Below the pieces are notes generated by a model. The model had not been told where the DNA came from and made no database searches. It saw only the letters and a list, made by a program, of their open reading frames with translations. The translations under genes were made by a program, and so were the position numbers. Below, in pieces: positions 10,893 through 24,250 of a stretch of DNA of 27,564 bases; position 1 is the stretch's first letter, and every line of letters begins with the position of its first letter. Source of the stretch: Geosiphon pyriformis uo1 (Eukaryota > Fungi > Glomeromycota); contig JAAOMT010000394.1 in NCBI GenBank assembly GCA_016748015.1, forward strand, positions 1 to 27,564, read 5' to 3'.

Positions 10893-13800
10893 TAGGCTAA
10901 AGGGTGTAAGATTTTTGGTTAGTAGGGGAATTTCGATGACGTTATCTATATTTGTCAGATTTAATATAATCATTAGCCGTATTAAGGATTAAAAATTTTA
11001 AACGTAAAATTGTGTCAAGTTTTGAATTAAGCTAATAATAAATATTAATTTTACTTTAAAATATTTAAAAAATTGATAAAAATAATTTTTAATATTATGT
11101 TTTTTGAATAAAAGACATAAAAAATTTTTGTAATTAGAATTTAATAATTTCGATTATTAAATTTTAATAATTATTTTTAGGGTAGTTAAATTATATTATA
11201 TTTTTTTATCCTTATTACAAATACTGATATTGTTTATTATGCTTAACATTTAAATTATCGATGAAATTATTATTGACTAAAAGTTAACAGATGAATAAAT
11301 TTTATTAATGAATATATCATAAATTATGCAGTACAATCATACCTAGTTTTTTCTTTTTATAAAAAAATTTTATATTTTTTTGATTTTGCGAATCATAATC
11401 TATAAACATACAACATCAACGTTATATACTCGACTTGAATCACGCTTTTTCAACAGGTGACCAGTCACTCATAAATAATGTATATATTATTATATAAAAT
11501 ATTTATTTTTTCATCATTTGTCTTTGGAATATATAGCTTCTTTTCTGTAATTGCTCTAAAATTTTTTATCAAATTTCTTATACTTTTTTATCTTCTTTAT
11601 ACAAAATTAAATTATTTATCTTCTATAATTTCTTTTTCAACTTTAAAAATATTTCTTTTTTTTTTTAAATAAAATAAATGACTTTTTTTATATTAGTTAA
11701 CTGAATAATTTTATTTTTAACTACTTGTATATATTTCCTCATCAGTATTAATTTTAAAGTTCTTGATAATTTCAAAATTCTAAGGTTGAATAACCTAAGT
11801 AGTACCAAACAATAAGAATTTCACTCAAATTTTGACAATAATCAACTAAGAAAATTATTGATTGATTGCATTGATTATTAAGGTATTTTAATTATCTATA
11901 TTTTTTATTTACAAAATATTATATTTATAATGTTGCAATAATAACTGTTTTCTATTTGTATTTTTTTATTAAAACATAACAATAATTGTGAAAATAACAT
12001 AAAAACAGAAATAACAAAATATTTGATATTGAACATGCTAAAGTAAATAATAATAAAAAAATTAAATTCAATAAAAATATTAATATTAATTCTTAAATTC
12101 AAAATAATTTCAATATATATAATTTAAACAAATTTAATGCAATTCTATGAAGATATATTTATGTTAAATAACAAATAACATTTGAAAATTAAATCAAATA
12201 TTTTAAAAATTTTAGCACAAAGAAAAGCTGAAATAATATATAAAATTTATTTTTACTTTATATTTTATATAAAATGCTAACAAACCACTAATTTACAGTT
12301 AAAATGAGCGTATACAATATAAAGATGTTAAAATGTCAGCACACATGTATTAAAACAGACTTTACACATTGTGATGTCTCAATAAACTAAACTGAAAAAT
12401 CATGTGAAGTTTTGATGGGTAGTATCCAATAGGGTCATTGATATACGTAACTGTTGGGGTGCGATTACTACTATCGGTTTTTAGTAATCTTTGGGATAAA
12501 GAGATAATATAAAAGGGGATATTTTGAAAAAATTATAATTTTAAGGACATGAATAGTCAAATATGCGATTAGAGCACAATCTTCTAGAAATATTCAGAAA
12601 TTTAAAATCCTAGCATTCGATATTTTGTAGATTATTTGCCATATACAAAGCTCCTTTGCATGAGCCTTCTCTGTTTCCGTAATTTCTGCTATTCTTGAGT
12701 ATTACGGCACGAGGAATCTGTTTTATTTTTATAAAAGTCTTTCTTAAATCTATATTGACTTGAAATAGGAGTCGAAGACAAGAACCATATTAGAATTTCA
12801 AAATTATTTCAAAGATAAAGTAACTTAAGTTTCAATATTTGTAAATAAAGTGAAAGCATTAGATAAGTCTGTTTCATACATTAGAAAATAAGTTACAATT
12901 TTAATTCAATGACAGTGATACTGTATTTATAAAAGTTTTAATAATATCAAAAACGAGTTCTTTAAGAAAACTAATGAAATCCTTCTACCACTGAATCATC
13001 AGTTTCAGTTCAATTAGAATGAATGACTTTATTTCCTTTCCTCATTGGTGATTACTGCTCCTTCATTAATGGGTAACTTCTGTATTTCAGCTTTATAATT
13101 TTTGAAGTTAAAACATTATTATATAATAATAAAATTTTTACCAAAAACCTTTTTTTTGTCAAATTATTTGATGTAGTTAAAAATTATTTTGACTTTGGTT
13201 TATACAAGGTCATGTATTTTACATAAATGTATCAAAATATTTTTTGTCATTTTGAATCAAATCAATATGATCCCAAATTTTGTACAATATAGTAATTCAA
13301 TAGTCTCCTTTATTAGCTTGAATACATGAATATTAAATTAGCAAAAAAATCAAAGTTCGAAAATTTCATGTCTCGGTCTAAAAGCGTAATATTTCTCATA
13401 AAGAAAATCAAGTTCAAAGATTATCACTTGACTCTTTAAATCCATTTCTTCTTGCCATAATCAGATAAATAAAAATACTGAATATTTAAAAAAAAGTTTT
13501 GGTAAGTATTAGATTTAATATATTATAAATAATTTGAAAAAATAAAAAATATTTAGCTCTTGTTATTCTAAAAGCTCGCTCTTTCAAAAATCAGTACATT
13601 CAATAAATTAGATAAAAAATTCACGAACTATTTTGTTAACCATTTCTCAAAAATTGCAAGATCTCAGGATAAAAATCTAATTTTTAAGATAACTTCTTTT
13701 AATCTTGATATGGCTTCATTTTATAAAAATTAATAAATATATTTCAAAAAAAAATAATAAAACTCTAGCCGTTAAAAAAAATTGAAATTTGTAAAAGACA

Positions 13801-14915
13801 TTAAAATTAATATAAAAAATGGGATTTCCAACTATTTAAGTATTTTGTATGAAAATATTTTGCGATAAAAAAGGTATGGAAATACATGTTATTATACAGT
13901 ATTTTTAAAATAAGCCATGATAAAATAGAAACAATCAATTCACTTCATATTTTCAAAACTATTAATTTTTAGCTTGAAACTGAAAAAATTTTGAAATAGA
14001 AAGCACAATCATGATGAGATAAAGCTGATTCATTTAAAAAATCTAATTACACAATGGTAAAGAAATCTAAATAAAACGCATCATTATAAATTGATTTCTT
14101 TTGAAAAATATTTTTTCTTTTCATAAATTTACAAAAAAATGCAAAAGCACAACTTATGGTCAAGTTTTAATTAAGCAAATCTGATACTTAGATTTAAATT
14201 GCAAATACCTATATACTTTCATGAAAATAAAAATTTGAATTGAAAAAATAAATAAAATTTGTTTTGTTAAAACTTTCAAAATAAATTTAAAAATTTCATT
14301 CTGATACTTCAAAGTATATTTGCCAAGATATTTTCTTATCAAAAAAATTAAATAAGTATGCCGATAATAATTTGCCATTTTCTACAAACATGGAATTTTT
14401 AAAATCAATCTAAAAAAAAAATTAAAATTTGAAAATAATTTATCTCTGGGCTACTTTTGATGTTTCAAAAAATAATTTGGAATCAATCTCAAAATTTTAT
14501 TTATTTTTATCAGACAAAGATGAAAAAAAAGTATTAAAATCTGAGACAATTTGGTAATAATCTTTCAGAAAATTATATTAATAGAACGATGTCTATTTCA
14601 CGGAACATATCCTAAACTTGTTAATAAAATATTAAAATCTTTGAATCAAATCTTAGTCTTGATTTTTTCTCTTATACAAAAAATATCTTTACTTAAAAAA
14701 AGTAAATCTTCAATTTTTTATTTAGAATGTATCAAAATTTTTATTAGTATCCAAAATAAAGTACCTTTATTTTAAGCTAATTTTGTAGGTATTAATGAAA
14801 TTTTACATTTGAAGTGGAGCACTAATATTAATTTGTCCACCTTCCGCGAATAAATAAGCCACATAAGTTCTGGCATTTTTTCAAATCAAATTTTTTTTCA
14901 TTATCTGCTGTAAGC

Positions 14916-16335
14916 TTAAACGTTACATCCTTGACGAGACATGAAATAACGAAAATATGGTCCTATATGTGCTTTTTCTGCTTTTTCTGGAAGCTGCCCT
15001 TTAGGTTTCTCAAATTGTAGGTTGCATTGCTGAAAACGTTTAATATAAATATGCTGAGTGAAGAGAAATTTCAAAAAAGCTTCAAATATATTACATTCTA
15101 AAAAACCTTATTCTCAACGCCATCATAACCAAGACATCTGTAGGTATCGGGAACTTTGTTTTCACCAGAATCAAAACAGTCACAATTAATATTTGGAGAA
15201 ATCCAAGTTTCACCCGAAGGGTGAGTAAGATACCCATTTCCAAAAAAAAGAGGAACATGGTCATTGCCAACTGTTACTCGTTCAACCCATATTTTCTCTT
15301 GGATAAATTTAACAAATCCTTTATTCCCTATACGTGGTGCTCCATAAGTGACCAATTTCACATTTCGTGTAGGCCAAAACTGATTAAAAATCAAAGCCGT
15401 AAAAGTCGCCAAAACTACAAAAGGTATTCAATGGAAAAAAGTCTCAATTGCAAAGAAACTGATTAGGAATGTGCTCGAAAAATTCTCACCTGCCCCACTA
15501 CCATGTCCAGTAAATATAAAACCATGATGTTTATACATGATATCATCTCCATACTTTTTCAATCGTTCCAAAATCTCATTAGTCGCAAGACCCCAATATT
15601 TTTTATGAAATTCATCTAATACTTTAGCCATTCTCTGATTAGGAAGCTCTAACCACCTTAGTTTTCGTCCCATGTTAACAAGTTCCTCATACTTCAAATC
15701 TGGTGTCCTGAACCTTGCAACAACTGAATTACCCCGCCAAATTTCAGCATGGTAATTAAAAGCTCCATAAAGAGCATCTTGGTGTGGTGAATTAATTTTT
15801 TCGGTGGAAGTATGTATCCAAGCTAATTTTTGGTCATTAAATAACAACTCGTTTTAAGTTAATAATATCTTAAAAACAACTAATTTTACTTACCATAGAC
15901 TCCAGGTGCAATAATGGCTTCTGTTTCATTCATACAATAAACTTGTGAGGTAAGTTTTGTCACTTTGAGCAAAAATATCAAACTTGTTGGGACTCCTATT
16001 CTAAGTTTAATATGATTATCTCTGCGTGAGAGATTTTGGGAAATATTCAATGTTTCATTAGGGGTGATAATTTTGAGATTAATATCTGAATATGTTTTTG
16101 TGATTAATTTATTGGAGGTCAAAACTTTGTAATTTAGATCCTTTGAGTGATAGTGGCTATACCAAAGAAGAAAAACCATTGTAGAAAAGGTGAAGAAGCA
16201 TGAAAATCTTGTGAATAAAAAGAATAGAAATTTTATGATATGGTGAGAAAAGCCGTGCATTGTTTCTTTTTTTTCTTCCCAAGTATTTGAGGATTTTTCC
16301 AATTTTAGTTGGCGGTCTTTTGTATTTCGAAACAT
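14916..16335 (-). CDS. Second intact class 3 lipase-fold protein lacking the canonical catalytic Ser, about 398 aa; exons 16335-15894, 15822-15490, 15414-15107, 15029-14916
   Basis: Same three intron positions and phases as the 8237-9936 gene. Motifs: IIAPGVY, VVARFRT, IFTGHGSGAVLA, VTYGAPRIGNKGF, RVTVGNDHVP, CDC, AHIGPYFRYFM. Hydrophobic N-terminal segment and an SRR site. The start could instead be ATG 16260. Confidence 0.88.
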
Positions 16336-17264
16336 TAGTGATCGGAATCGCTTAAGGCGATTGGGAATTACTCAGATTGTAGAGGCGATCATTTATTGTC
16401 GGTAATCAAATGGAATTAATTCAAATTTGATAATTGATAAATGCATTGAGATTTACAAAGTAGACCCAAACTAATTGAATTCTATTGATAAAAACATATT
16501 GAAATTACGTGTAACGTTTCACCTTCAAAATTAATATACTCTAGTCTCATCAACCTCTTTTTTCAAATGGGAATATAAAAAGATTTGGTGCTTCTAAATA
16601 TTTAAAATAATATTACCGATTCTCAGAATACTATCAGTAGAAATTTGTAAAATCACTCTTTGATTCTCGTCTTTTTGAAAACCGCTACAATAATTTAATC
16701 TTAGAATATATGGTTTGTAAAAATATTGATTTATACTGTACACTAAACTCATGTATTTATTTATTTGTCTGTTTGTCGTTATAAATTTCTTATTTAAACT
16801 GTACAATTATTGTTTATTTTGTCACTTTTTAAGAAATTTGCCATTTTTTTTAAAAAAATTGAAACGCTTCTCAGCCAAGCTCATTGTCGAATATCGCAGA
16901 TATACTCTATCAATTAATGTTTTATTTAAATTAGCGAAATTAAATATGTGATGAGAAATTCCTATTGATCGGGAGATTTTTCCAGCCTAAGTAGTAATCA
17001 TTTTTATTGTTTGAGATGTACATGTATTTCCCAAACCATGTGATGCAAATATTTTTCTAAAATTTAATAAAATAAAACAACATTTTTCCTGAGAATTAAG
17101 ATATTTCTCAGTGCATTTACGCATATATACATTGTAAAACTCTTGGAAATCTTGGCTCGAAAAGATTTAACCCACGTTATAAGTTCTTGGAAGAAAAAAA
17201 GACAAAAAGAAAAGAGATAGGATCATGGATATTATAGAGAAGGAAAATTCATACATTGGAACCA

Positions 17265-19883
17265 ACACTCACTTGAAAACTCTTAAAAAATGCAGAAATT
17301 ATTAAAAATCAATCAAATCAACCTATTAAACAAGCCAAATTATTTTGAAATTTTCTAAACATTTTAACCTTCAACATTTAATTAGAGCCTGAGATAGAAA
17401 GGTTTAATATTATATTTTTTGCTCTTTTTTGATAGGTTCCATGAAAAATTAAAGATGGATCAAAATTTTTCATCAAATATCCTGATGTCAAAATAAAAAT
17501 TTTTAAAATATCAGAAAAAAATGCAAAATTTTTATTTGCAATTTTGACGAGCATTATCACAATTCGACATTATCACAAAATTATTTCGAATTGCAGCCAG
17601 AATCCATTTTACTACCATTAATCAAAACTGCCAAGAAAATAAATCTTATAAATCATACATCGTTAACAAGTGAAAAAGAACTCCATCCAGTCGTAAAATC
17701 ACAGTTATCATCATCATCCTCTGACCCAAATAGTAATTATCTTTCCTTTCTGATAAAAATTCACGTTCACACAAAAATTAACTCGAAAAAAGAAATCCGA
17801 TCGTCACCACAGTCAAAGCAAGATGGCAAAAATTTGCTGGATTTTGGCACAGTATCTTCGGTTTTGTATTTGAACCTGCGGACCCAAAAATCTACTCAGT
17901 TAAGGATAGGAAAAAGTTCAAATTTGTTTCGGACATGGCATGATATGCCCAATCAGTATATACACAAGATCCAAACAGAATATTCATTTCCCCTGGGGTC
18001 TGGGGTGAGTTTAAAAATTAAATATTGAGATGTATATTGAATATTTTCATGATTACATTATAAATTTGAATGTAATCTCACAAAAAATAAGGTAATAAAT
18101 GTTTTAATAGCAAATATCATCCCAGCACTAAGCCCACTAAACACACAATATAGGCCAAGACCAGCTATAATTAGCACGTTTCGAGGTCGTTCATTAACTC
18201 AGCAAACGATGGTTTTTATCTTGCAAAACAGTGAGTTAGAATTATACTCCCGGCAGCCAGTTGACAATCAGCCATTAATAAATTTTGAATTTTATCAGGA
18301 CAAATTTCTAGTTGCAGAAAGGACTTTTTTAAACATTTATGACGAATATATGAAAGATAAAACATATAAAGGCCACTTTTATGCTTTTACTGATCATGGA
18401 GAGGGTGCTGGTGTGAATTTTATTTTGCAGGTCATAAATGAGTTAAAAACTTGAAGAAATCCTTAAATTTACTTCAAAAATCCAAATAATATCCTAATCT
18501 CACTTTTTAATACTGTCTTTGCCATATTTCCAGCTTTAGACCTTCGTGCAAAATGGAGATCTTTAAAAATTATTTGGTGAACCACGTAGCATTCGCCCGA
18601 TTTGTTGACTCGCAAATCAAAGTGTGGCGTATAACCTATGGGGATGAACATGTTATATGTACATGAGATGATGGAATTTTATTTACCTTCAGCGCCAAGC
18701 TGTGAATGTGTTGAGGAGAATCTAAGAATTCCAGACACTTTTTTGATGTGTTAGAGCTCAGGTTTTGTAATAGAGTCACCAGTAAAGTATTTAGTTTATG
18801 ATTTTAAATCAAAAAAAGTTTCAAATTCTAAATATAAAATATTGTTTAAAATTTGTAGGATTGTATTAATAGATTTGATCGTATAAATATTGAAGAATCT
18901 AGCGCACATTGGGGTCCTTATTTTGGGTACTTCATGACACAGGATGGTAGACGTCAATCCTTAAATTGATGATAGGTGAATTTGATGTTTTTGAAATTAT
19001 TAGTAATTACTCTTTTTCGAAGTGAATTTCAGCTGTCCATTTATTGAACATTTCATTTAATGGATGTAATCACATTTTAGCAAATCTATACGTATTAAGT
19101 ATTAGTACAATAAACTTTTACTAGAATTCAATTGAGGTTACTGGTTAGAACTTTGTTATTAATTTGGCTCGAAATTAAGATTGTTGAATATTTTTAATTT
19201 TCTTCTTATGGTTGATATCAATACCATAATCAACTTTAAATTTTTTATTGGTTTAAAAGATGAAAAATGAAAATGATTTCAAATATAAGGCGAATTTAAA
19301 ATTCTTAAATGATTTATATTAAAGAGGTGTAAAATAAATTACTCTTATAGATTAAGTTAAACATTTATCCGAAAATTTTAAAAAACGAGTCAAATTTTCA
19401 CAGGTATTGTTTAGTGACTTAAAAAGATAGGTTATCCGGAAAAAAGATATCAATCAAAAAAAGGTTGCTAAGCTTTGTCGATGATTTGTTGAGGATTCGA
19501 GAATAAATTGGAATCCCAAAAAATTTTTTATAGGCTAGGGTCTTCAAACGAAATACCAAGAATAATTATAATAATAATAATTTTGTCATTCATAATAAAG
19601 ATCTGAACAACATGAAGGTCGATTTTATATTGTTTAAGATCGCTTTGAAATTTTCAAATTTACGAAGGAAATATCAAAATAGAATACATTTTTAAATACC
19701 TGTAGAGTTATTATTAGAATTGAGAAATTGCAAATAAAATTTTATTTCACTTTAGGTCAGTAAATTGCAATTTTTAAGATACTGATACTATACATTGATT
19801 AGCTTTCTGCTCATGATTATTTCTCTTTCTCTTTAAGAAAGATTTACGTTCCGACTATCTTATTTCATATGATATGAATTGTG
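17265..19883 (+). repeat. Inner inverted duplication, right arm
   Basis: Reverse complement of about 7095-10141 with deletions and one internal re-inverted segment (about 19357-19637). Weak similarity may extend left to about 17005. Confidence 0.9.
17455..18969 (+). pseudogene. Pseudogene copy of lipase-like gene 1
   Basis: MDQNFSSNILMSK* stops at codon 14, followed by further frameshifts, stops and deletions (the TFGEPRIGN motif is destroyed). It retains ISTFRGRS, FTDHGEGAG and AHWGPYFGYFMT and the intron positions. Confidence 0.92.
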
Positions 19884-21128
19884 GTTGTCCAGAAACTGAT
19901 GTTACAATTTTTTGAACCATTGATATACCAAAATTCAAGATGAAAGGTTATTTATTTTGCAATCGCCAAATAAAAGGCCAGGTAAAATTGTCAATAATAA
20001 TTAATATGTTAGTATGATAATAATTTTTTTTAATTTATAAGTTAAGATTTGTCTATTGAAACAAATAATATTATAGAATCCATCTTTTATGTTTATAATT
20101 ATTCAGAATTAGCAATTTGTCTTGGATTGAATGTGAATAAAACTTAAGATTTTAAAGATAAGATTAATATAAAATATTAATATTAATTATTGTTTCTCTA
20201 AATCAAATTGTCTTGTCTTTTATTAAATGACGAAATCCAGAATAGCGATTCAAATTATGCTATTGAATTATCAAGCAGAGCTAACAAAAAAATAGCAAAA
20301 TCCTGATCGTATATTATGTATTAGTGTTTCTAAGTATATTAATTTAAATGAAATTAATTATTTTTAAGCAATTAGCTATTTTAATAACAAAGATTACTAT
20401 AAACACAAAAGACAATATCATGTTAAACCAAAGAATGATTATCGAAAGTGCTTAATAAGACAAAAATTAATGTATGATATTATTTAAAACATATCAATAA
20501 TTTGAAATGCTAATGATTAGAAAAAGAAAATAGTTTTCTACAATATGAAATGTTGAGATTATTTTTGATTATAATCAGTAATATATATCAAAATACCAAT
20601 TATATCTAGTTTATATATATATAAAATATGCATGTAATTCATACAAAGAGAAACGTAATTTTGCAATGATATTTAAATATAATTTCAATATGATTTACAC
20701 AAATACATTATAAATTTCAATTAATAACAAGAGATTTAAAAGTTAAATGAATTCATATATATTTAACAAACTTTATACAAATTGTGTAATTAGTGTTCGG
20801 GAAAATCGACTCATGTGAACAAAAAATTTATTTGTAGCTAAAATTTTTTATCATTGGTTGTTGTTTTGTTGTCCTAAAAAGAAAATGAATTCTTTAAATT
20901 TATTCACTGTTAAACTTGTTTAATTAATTCTAGTATGATTTATAGTAATGCCATTTTTTTAAGTTTTAATTGATTTTTTAAAACTATATGAACATAAAGA
21001 AACAATATAAATACCAACTCCAACTTTAAAAAATGACCTTATTAATCTCTTATCAAATAAAGTTTTTTTAAAACTTTATCCTATTAATAGCAATTAAATT
21101 TTATCCGCACTTATCCTTTATTCACATC

Positions 21129-21562
21129 ATGGAAAACAAAGAAATTAAAAGAACTCGTCCATATACTCATAATTGCAATGAATGTAAATTGTTTCAACGG
21201 AGTATTCTAAACAATAGGATAAATGAGTGCGCTACATGCCACTTCATATTTTTTGAAAAACTTTACTGCGACTTTTCAAGCGGCAATAAAGTCGTTGATG
21301 AAATAATTAAGAATCCAATCTATATTCAACCTAAGAGTAATAATGAATTTTATAATGGTAGTTTGAATTACTATTAATGGATTCCGTGGGAGGGGTTGAA
21401 GAATGTTAACAAAATTGGCAGAGGAGGGTTCGGTCTAATTTATAAAGCAACCCTAATTGATAGTTTAATGGAATATGAAAGATATAAAAGAAATGAAGAA
21501 GGTACAGAAGTAGCAATAAAATTTATAAAGAATAGTGAAGAAGGGTTTAAAGAGGTAATTAA

Positions 21563-21598
<36 letters not shown>

Positions 21599-22535
21599 CT
21601 TATCTATTTACTTAATTTATCATTTTTTATACTGTTGATAGTTAAATATTCAAAGAGCTATGTTTATTAATAAGGAAAAGTACTTATGTTTTATCTGTTC
21701 AATATGGGGGATTACGCAAAACGCTGAAACGCTCGAGTATGGAATTGTGATGAACTTTGCCGAGCATGGAGACATGCGGAAATATTTAATACAAATTTTC
21801 ATTCTATGAGTTAGTTTAAAAAATTAGAAATTACGTGGAGTATAGCTAGAGGTCTTTCAAAAATACATTCTTCTGGTATGGTTCATCGTGACCTACACTC
21901 GGGCAACATCTTAAAGTACAGTAAAGGGAATGTAGATATTGAGACCTTGGATTATGTCAATCCACAAACTATGAAGCAACAGCGACAGGAAAAGCAACGG
22001 AAGAGAAAAAAATATATGGAGTAATTCCATACTTTTACCAGAAGTTTTAAAAGGAGATAAGTTTACTTTTGCTGGTGATATTTATAGTTTTGCCATGTTA
22101 TTACGGGAATTAGCAACAGGAAAGCCTCCTTTTCATGATCGTTCTCATGACCATCTTCTTATAATGAATATTTTGAATGGTCAAAGACATAAAATTATCT
22201 CTCCCCTCATTCCACCTTGTATTGCCAAAATAATTGAAAAGTGTTTGGATGCTAATCTTAAGAATCGTCCTACTGCCGAAGAATTTGGGGATAGGTTGTG
22301 GAAATTTTACGATATGATGGATAAAAAGTCTATAAGAAAAATAGAGATGATAGAAACGTTTAAAACTGAGTGCCGCCAGTTTTTAGGATCAGAGAAATAC
22401 GTGTTGGAAATGGTAAAGAACAATTCGATAACAACAACTTCAATAACAACAACGAAACATTCATCCAAGAGCAATTTATACAAGTCATCTTTTTACTTTG
22501 CAAAGATTGATTTTTCTGAAGGTTGGTTTATTTAA
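21129..22535 (+). pseudogene. Tyrosine-kinase-like protein kinase pseudogene of the family expanded in Glomeromycotina
   Basis: Motifs SSGNKVVDEII, YY*WIPW (in-frame stop at 21375), IGRGGFGLIYKA and VAIK, an intron at 21555-21641, then WGITQN..YGIVMNFAEHGDMRKYL, HRDLHSGNIL, YGVIPY, PEVLKG, DIYSFAM and RPTAEE. Several frameshifts, including one at the DLG motif. The 3' end is uncertain. Confidence 0.9.
21564..21596. repeat. (TTA)11 microsatellite in the kinase intron
   Basis: Perfect TTA run. It explains the spurious poly-Leu in ORF 21396-21638. Confidence 0.9.
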
Positions 22536-23444
22536 TTTAGAAATAAGTAATTTATTGATTTAATTATTATGCAATATATCATCAATTTACTTTACTTTAT
22601 AAAAGAATTAGTCTATTTGCCTGAAGGTAAGAAATACATTTATCATTAATATAAAATTTATACTCTTATTTAACACTTTTTTCTTTACCATTTTCTAAGT
22701 AACAATTATTTTGATTTTTTTCTTAAATGGTAAATTTCTAGATGGTTTTTTTTATATTTCTAAATTTAAATATTTTAGTTATAAGGCTTATTAGATTCAA
22801 TTCAATAATTTAAAAATTTATTTTATTCATTAATTAATTTGTTATAAAGAATATTCTTACAAACTTAAAATATAATATTCAATGATGATAATTGTTTAAC
22901 AACATTTTATTTTTAAATCTATTAATTTTTTGACATTATTTTTTAAAAAAAAATGCTCAAAAGTTCGATTGATTTACAAAAAACCTGTATAATTTTCATT
23001 TTCATTTTAAAATTTATATTAATTCTAATTTTTTAATAGTTCTTGACTTCATTGTTTAATTATTAAAAAACAGACTATATTAAAATATTAATAGAAAAAT
23101 CAAATTTATCTTATTTTAAATTAAGTTAATATTAAAATTAATTAACTATTTATATGTTCTTTAAAAAATATGTTTATTTTAAAGTTTAGGAATTGTAAGT
23201 AAAAAGTTTAAATTCATCTCATTGATTAAAATTAAACAATTAAATTAAAGTCACAAAATAATTGAAAATTTATTATTATGCTGATTTTTTAAATTGCAAT
23301 TTGTGTATAAACAATCAGAAATAGTCTGAATCATAAAAAAATTGATATGAATTAAGTTTGATTCTTAAAAGCATTGATACTTAAAAAAAATGCTCATTTA
23401 AAATTGAGATTTACTTCAAGTTTTTAATGAAAATGGTAATTTAA

Positions 23445-24250
23445 ATTAAGTTATTTGCCCTTGCAGCTTTTAAATAGATTTCAAATATATTTCCTATGAT
23501 TTTTGTCGTTCCCACCCATTTTGATAGCACCATCCAAGGTTTTATTGTGCATTTCGATTTCCCGCCCTGCTTTTTTTAAATGGAATTTAAAATTGTGTTC
23601 TAGGCTTTCCCTATCCATTTCGATAATGTGTTCTAATTTTAGTTTGTGGACTCGGATTTCCCACTTTTTCCAGATTTTTTGTTATTTCTAACCTATTTCG
23701 ATAGTATGTACTAAGATTAATTTGTCCAAGTAAATTTCTCGCTTCCTACTACTATTGAATAGAGCTCAACTGCTTTTTCTTCATTTTTCGTCGTTCCCAT
23801 CCACAATGATACCGAAGTCCAAGATTGTATTGTGCCTTTGTATGTCATGCCTCTGCTGCTTTTGAGAAGAGTTCAAATGTTTTTGTGAAGTACCGATTCC
23901 CTAATGATAAAAATATCGCAAGAAAAATTGTCCAAAAGTATCTTCTGTATTTGCTGCTTGCGAAAATTCTAAAAATGCTTTTGTTAAATTGGAAATAGTT
24001 CCAATCCCATGTTTTAAAGAATAGCCGAGAAAATATTGTCTATCGAACGCTTTGAACTTTTATTATTCAAGTAATTGAATAAATTCTCGGTTTTTTTCTG
24101 ATTGCGCTCAAGATATTCTTTCACCAAGTTAGCAACTTTTGAATATTCATTAGCTGAGAAAATCGCAAAATTTTCTTTCATAAAAATCAATGCTCTCTCA
24201 AGTAAGCCGAGGGGTGAAGTAGGGTTTTCAATTGATGAAGTTAAAGACAT
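23445..24250 (-). pseudogene. Sel1-like repeat protein pseudogene
   Basis: After the 78-aa ORF, broken frames give HGIGTISNLTKAFLEFSQAAN, GQFFLAIFYH*GIGT, FELFSKAAEA*HTKAQYNLG, GTTKNEEKAVEL and AQ*NLGWCYQNG. These are typical Sel1 repeats with stops and frameshifts. Confidence 0.88.

Noticed and set aside
12440-12500. Motif-like strings NCWGAITTIG (Tc1-like) and LLGCDY (FEN1/XPG-like) in overlapping frames
   Set aside because: Too short, mutually exclusive and surrounded by stops. It may be a Tc1 scrap but cannot be supported.
11478-14775. Short hydrophobic F/I/L/K-rich ORFs (11478, 11905, 14160, 14551; also 16594, 16751)
   Set aside because: Composition is what very AT-rich non-coding DNA gives by chance, and there are no motifs.
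21375-21377. Stop-codon readthrough or alternative genetic code in the kinase and Sel1 genes
   Set aside because: The stops co-occur with several frameshifts, and the intact neighbouring genes use the standard code. Pseudogenisation is the simpler explanation.
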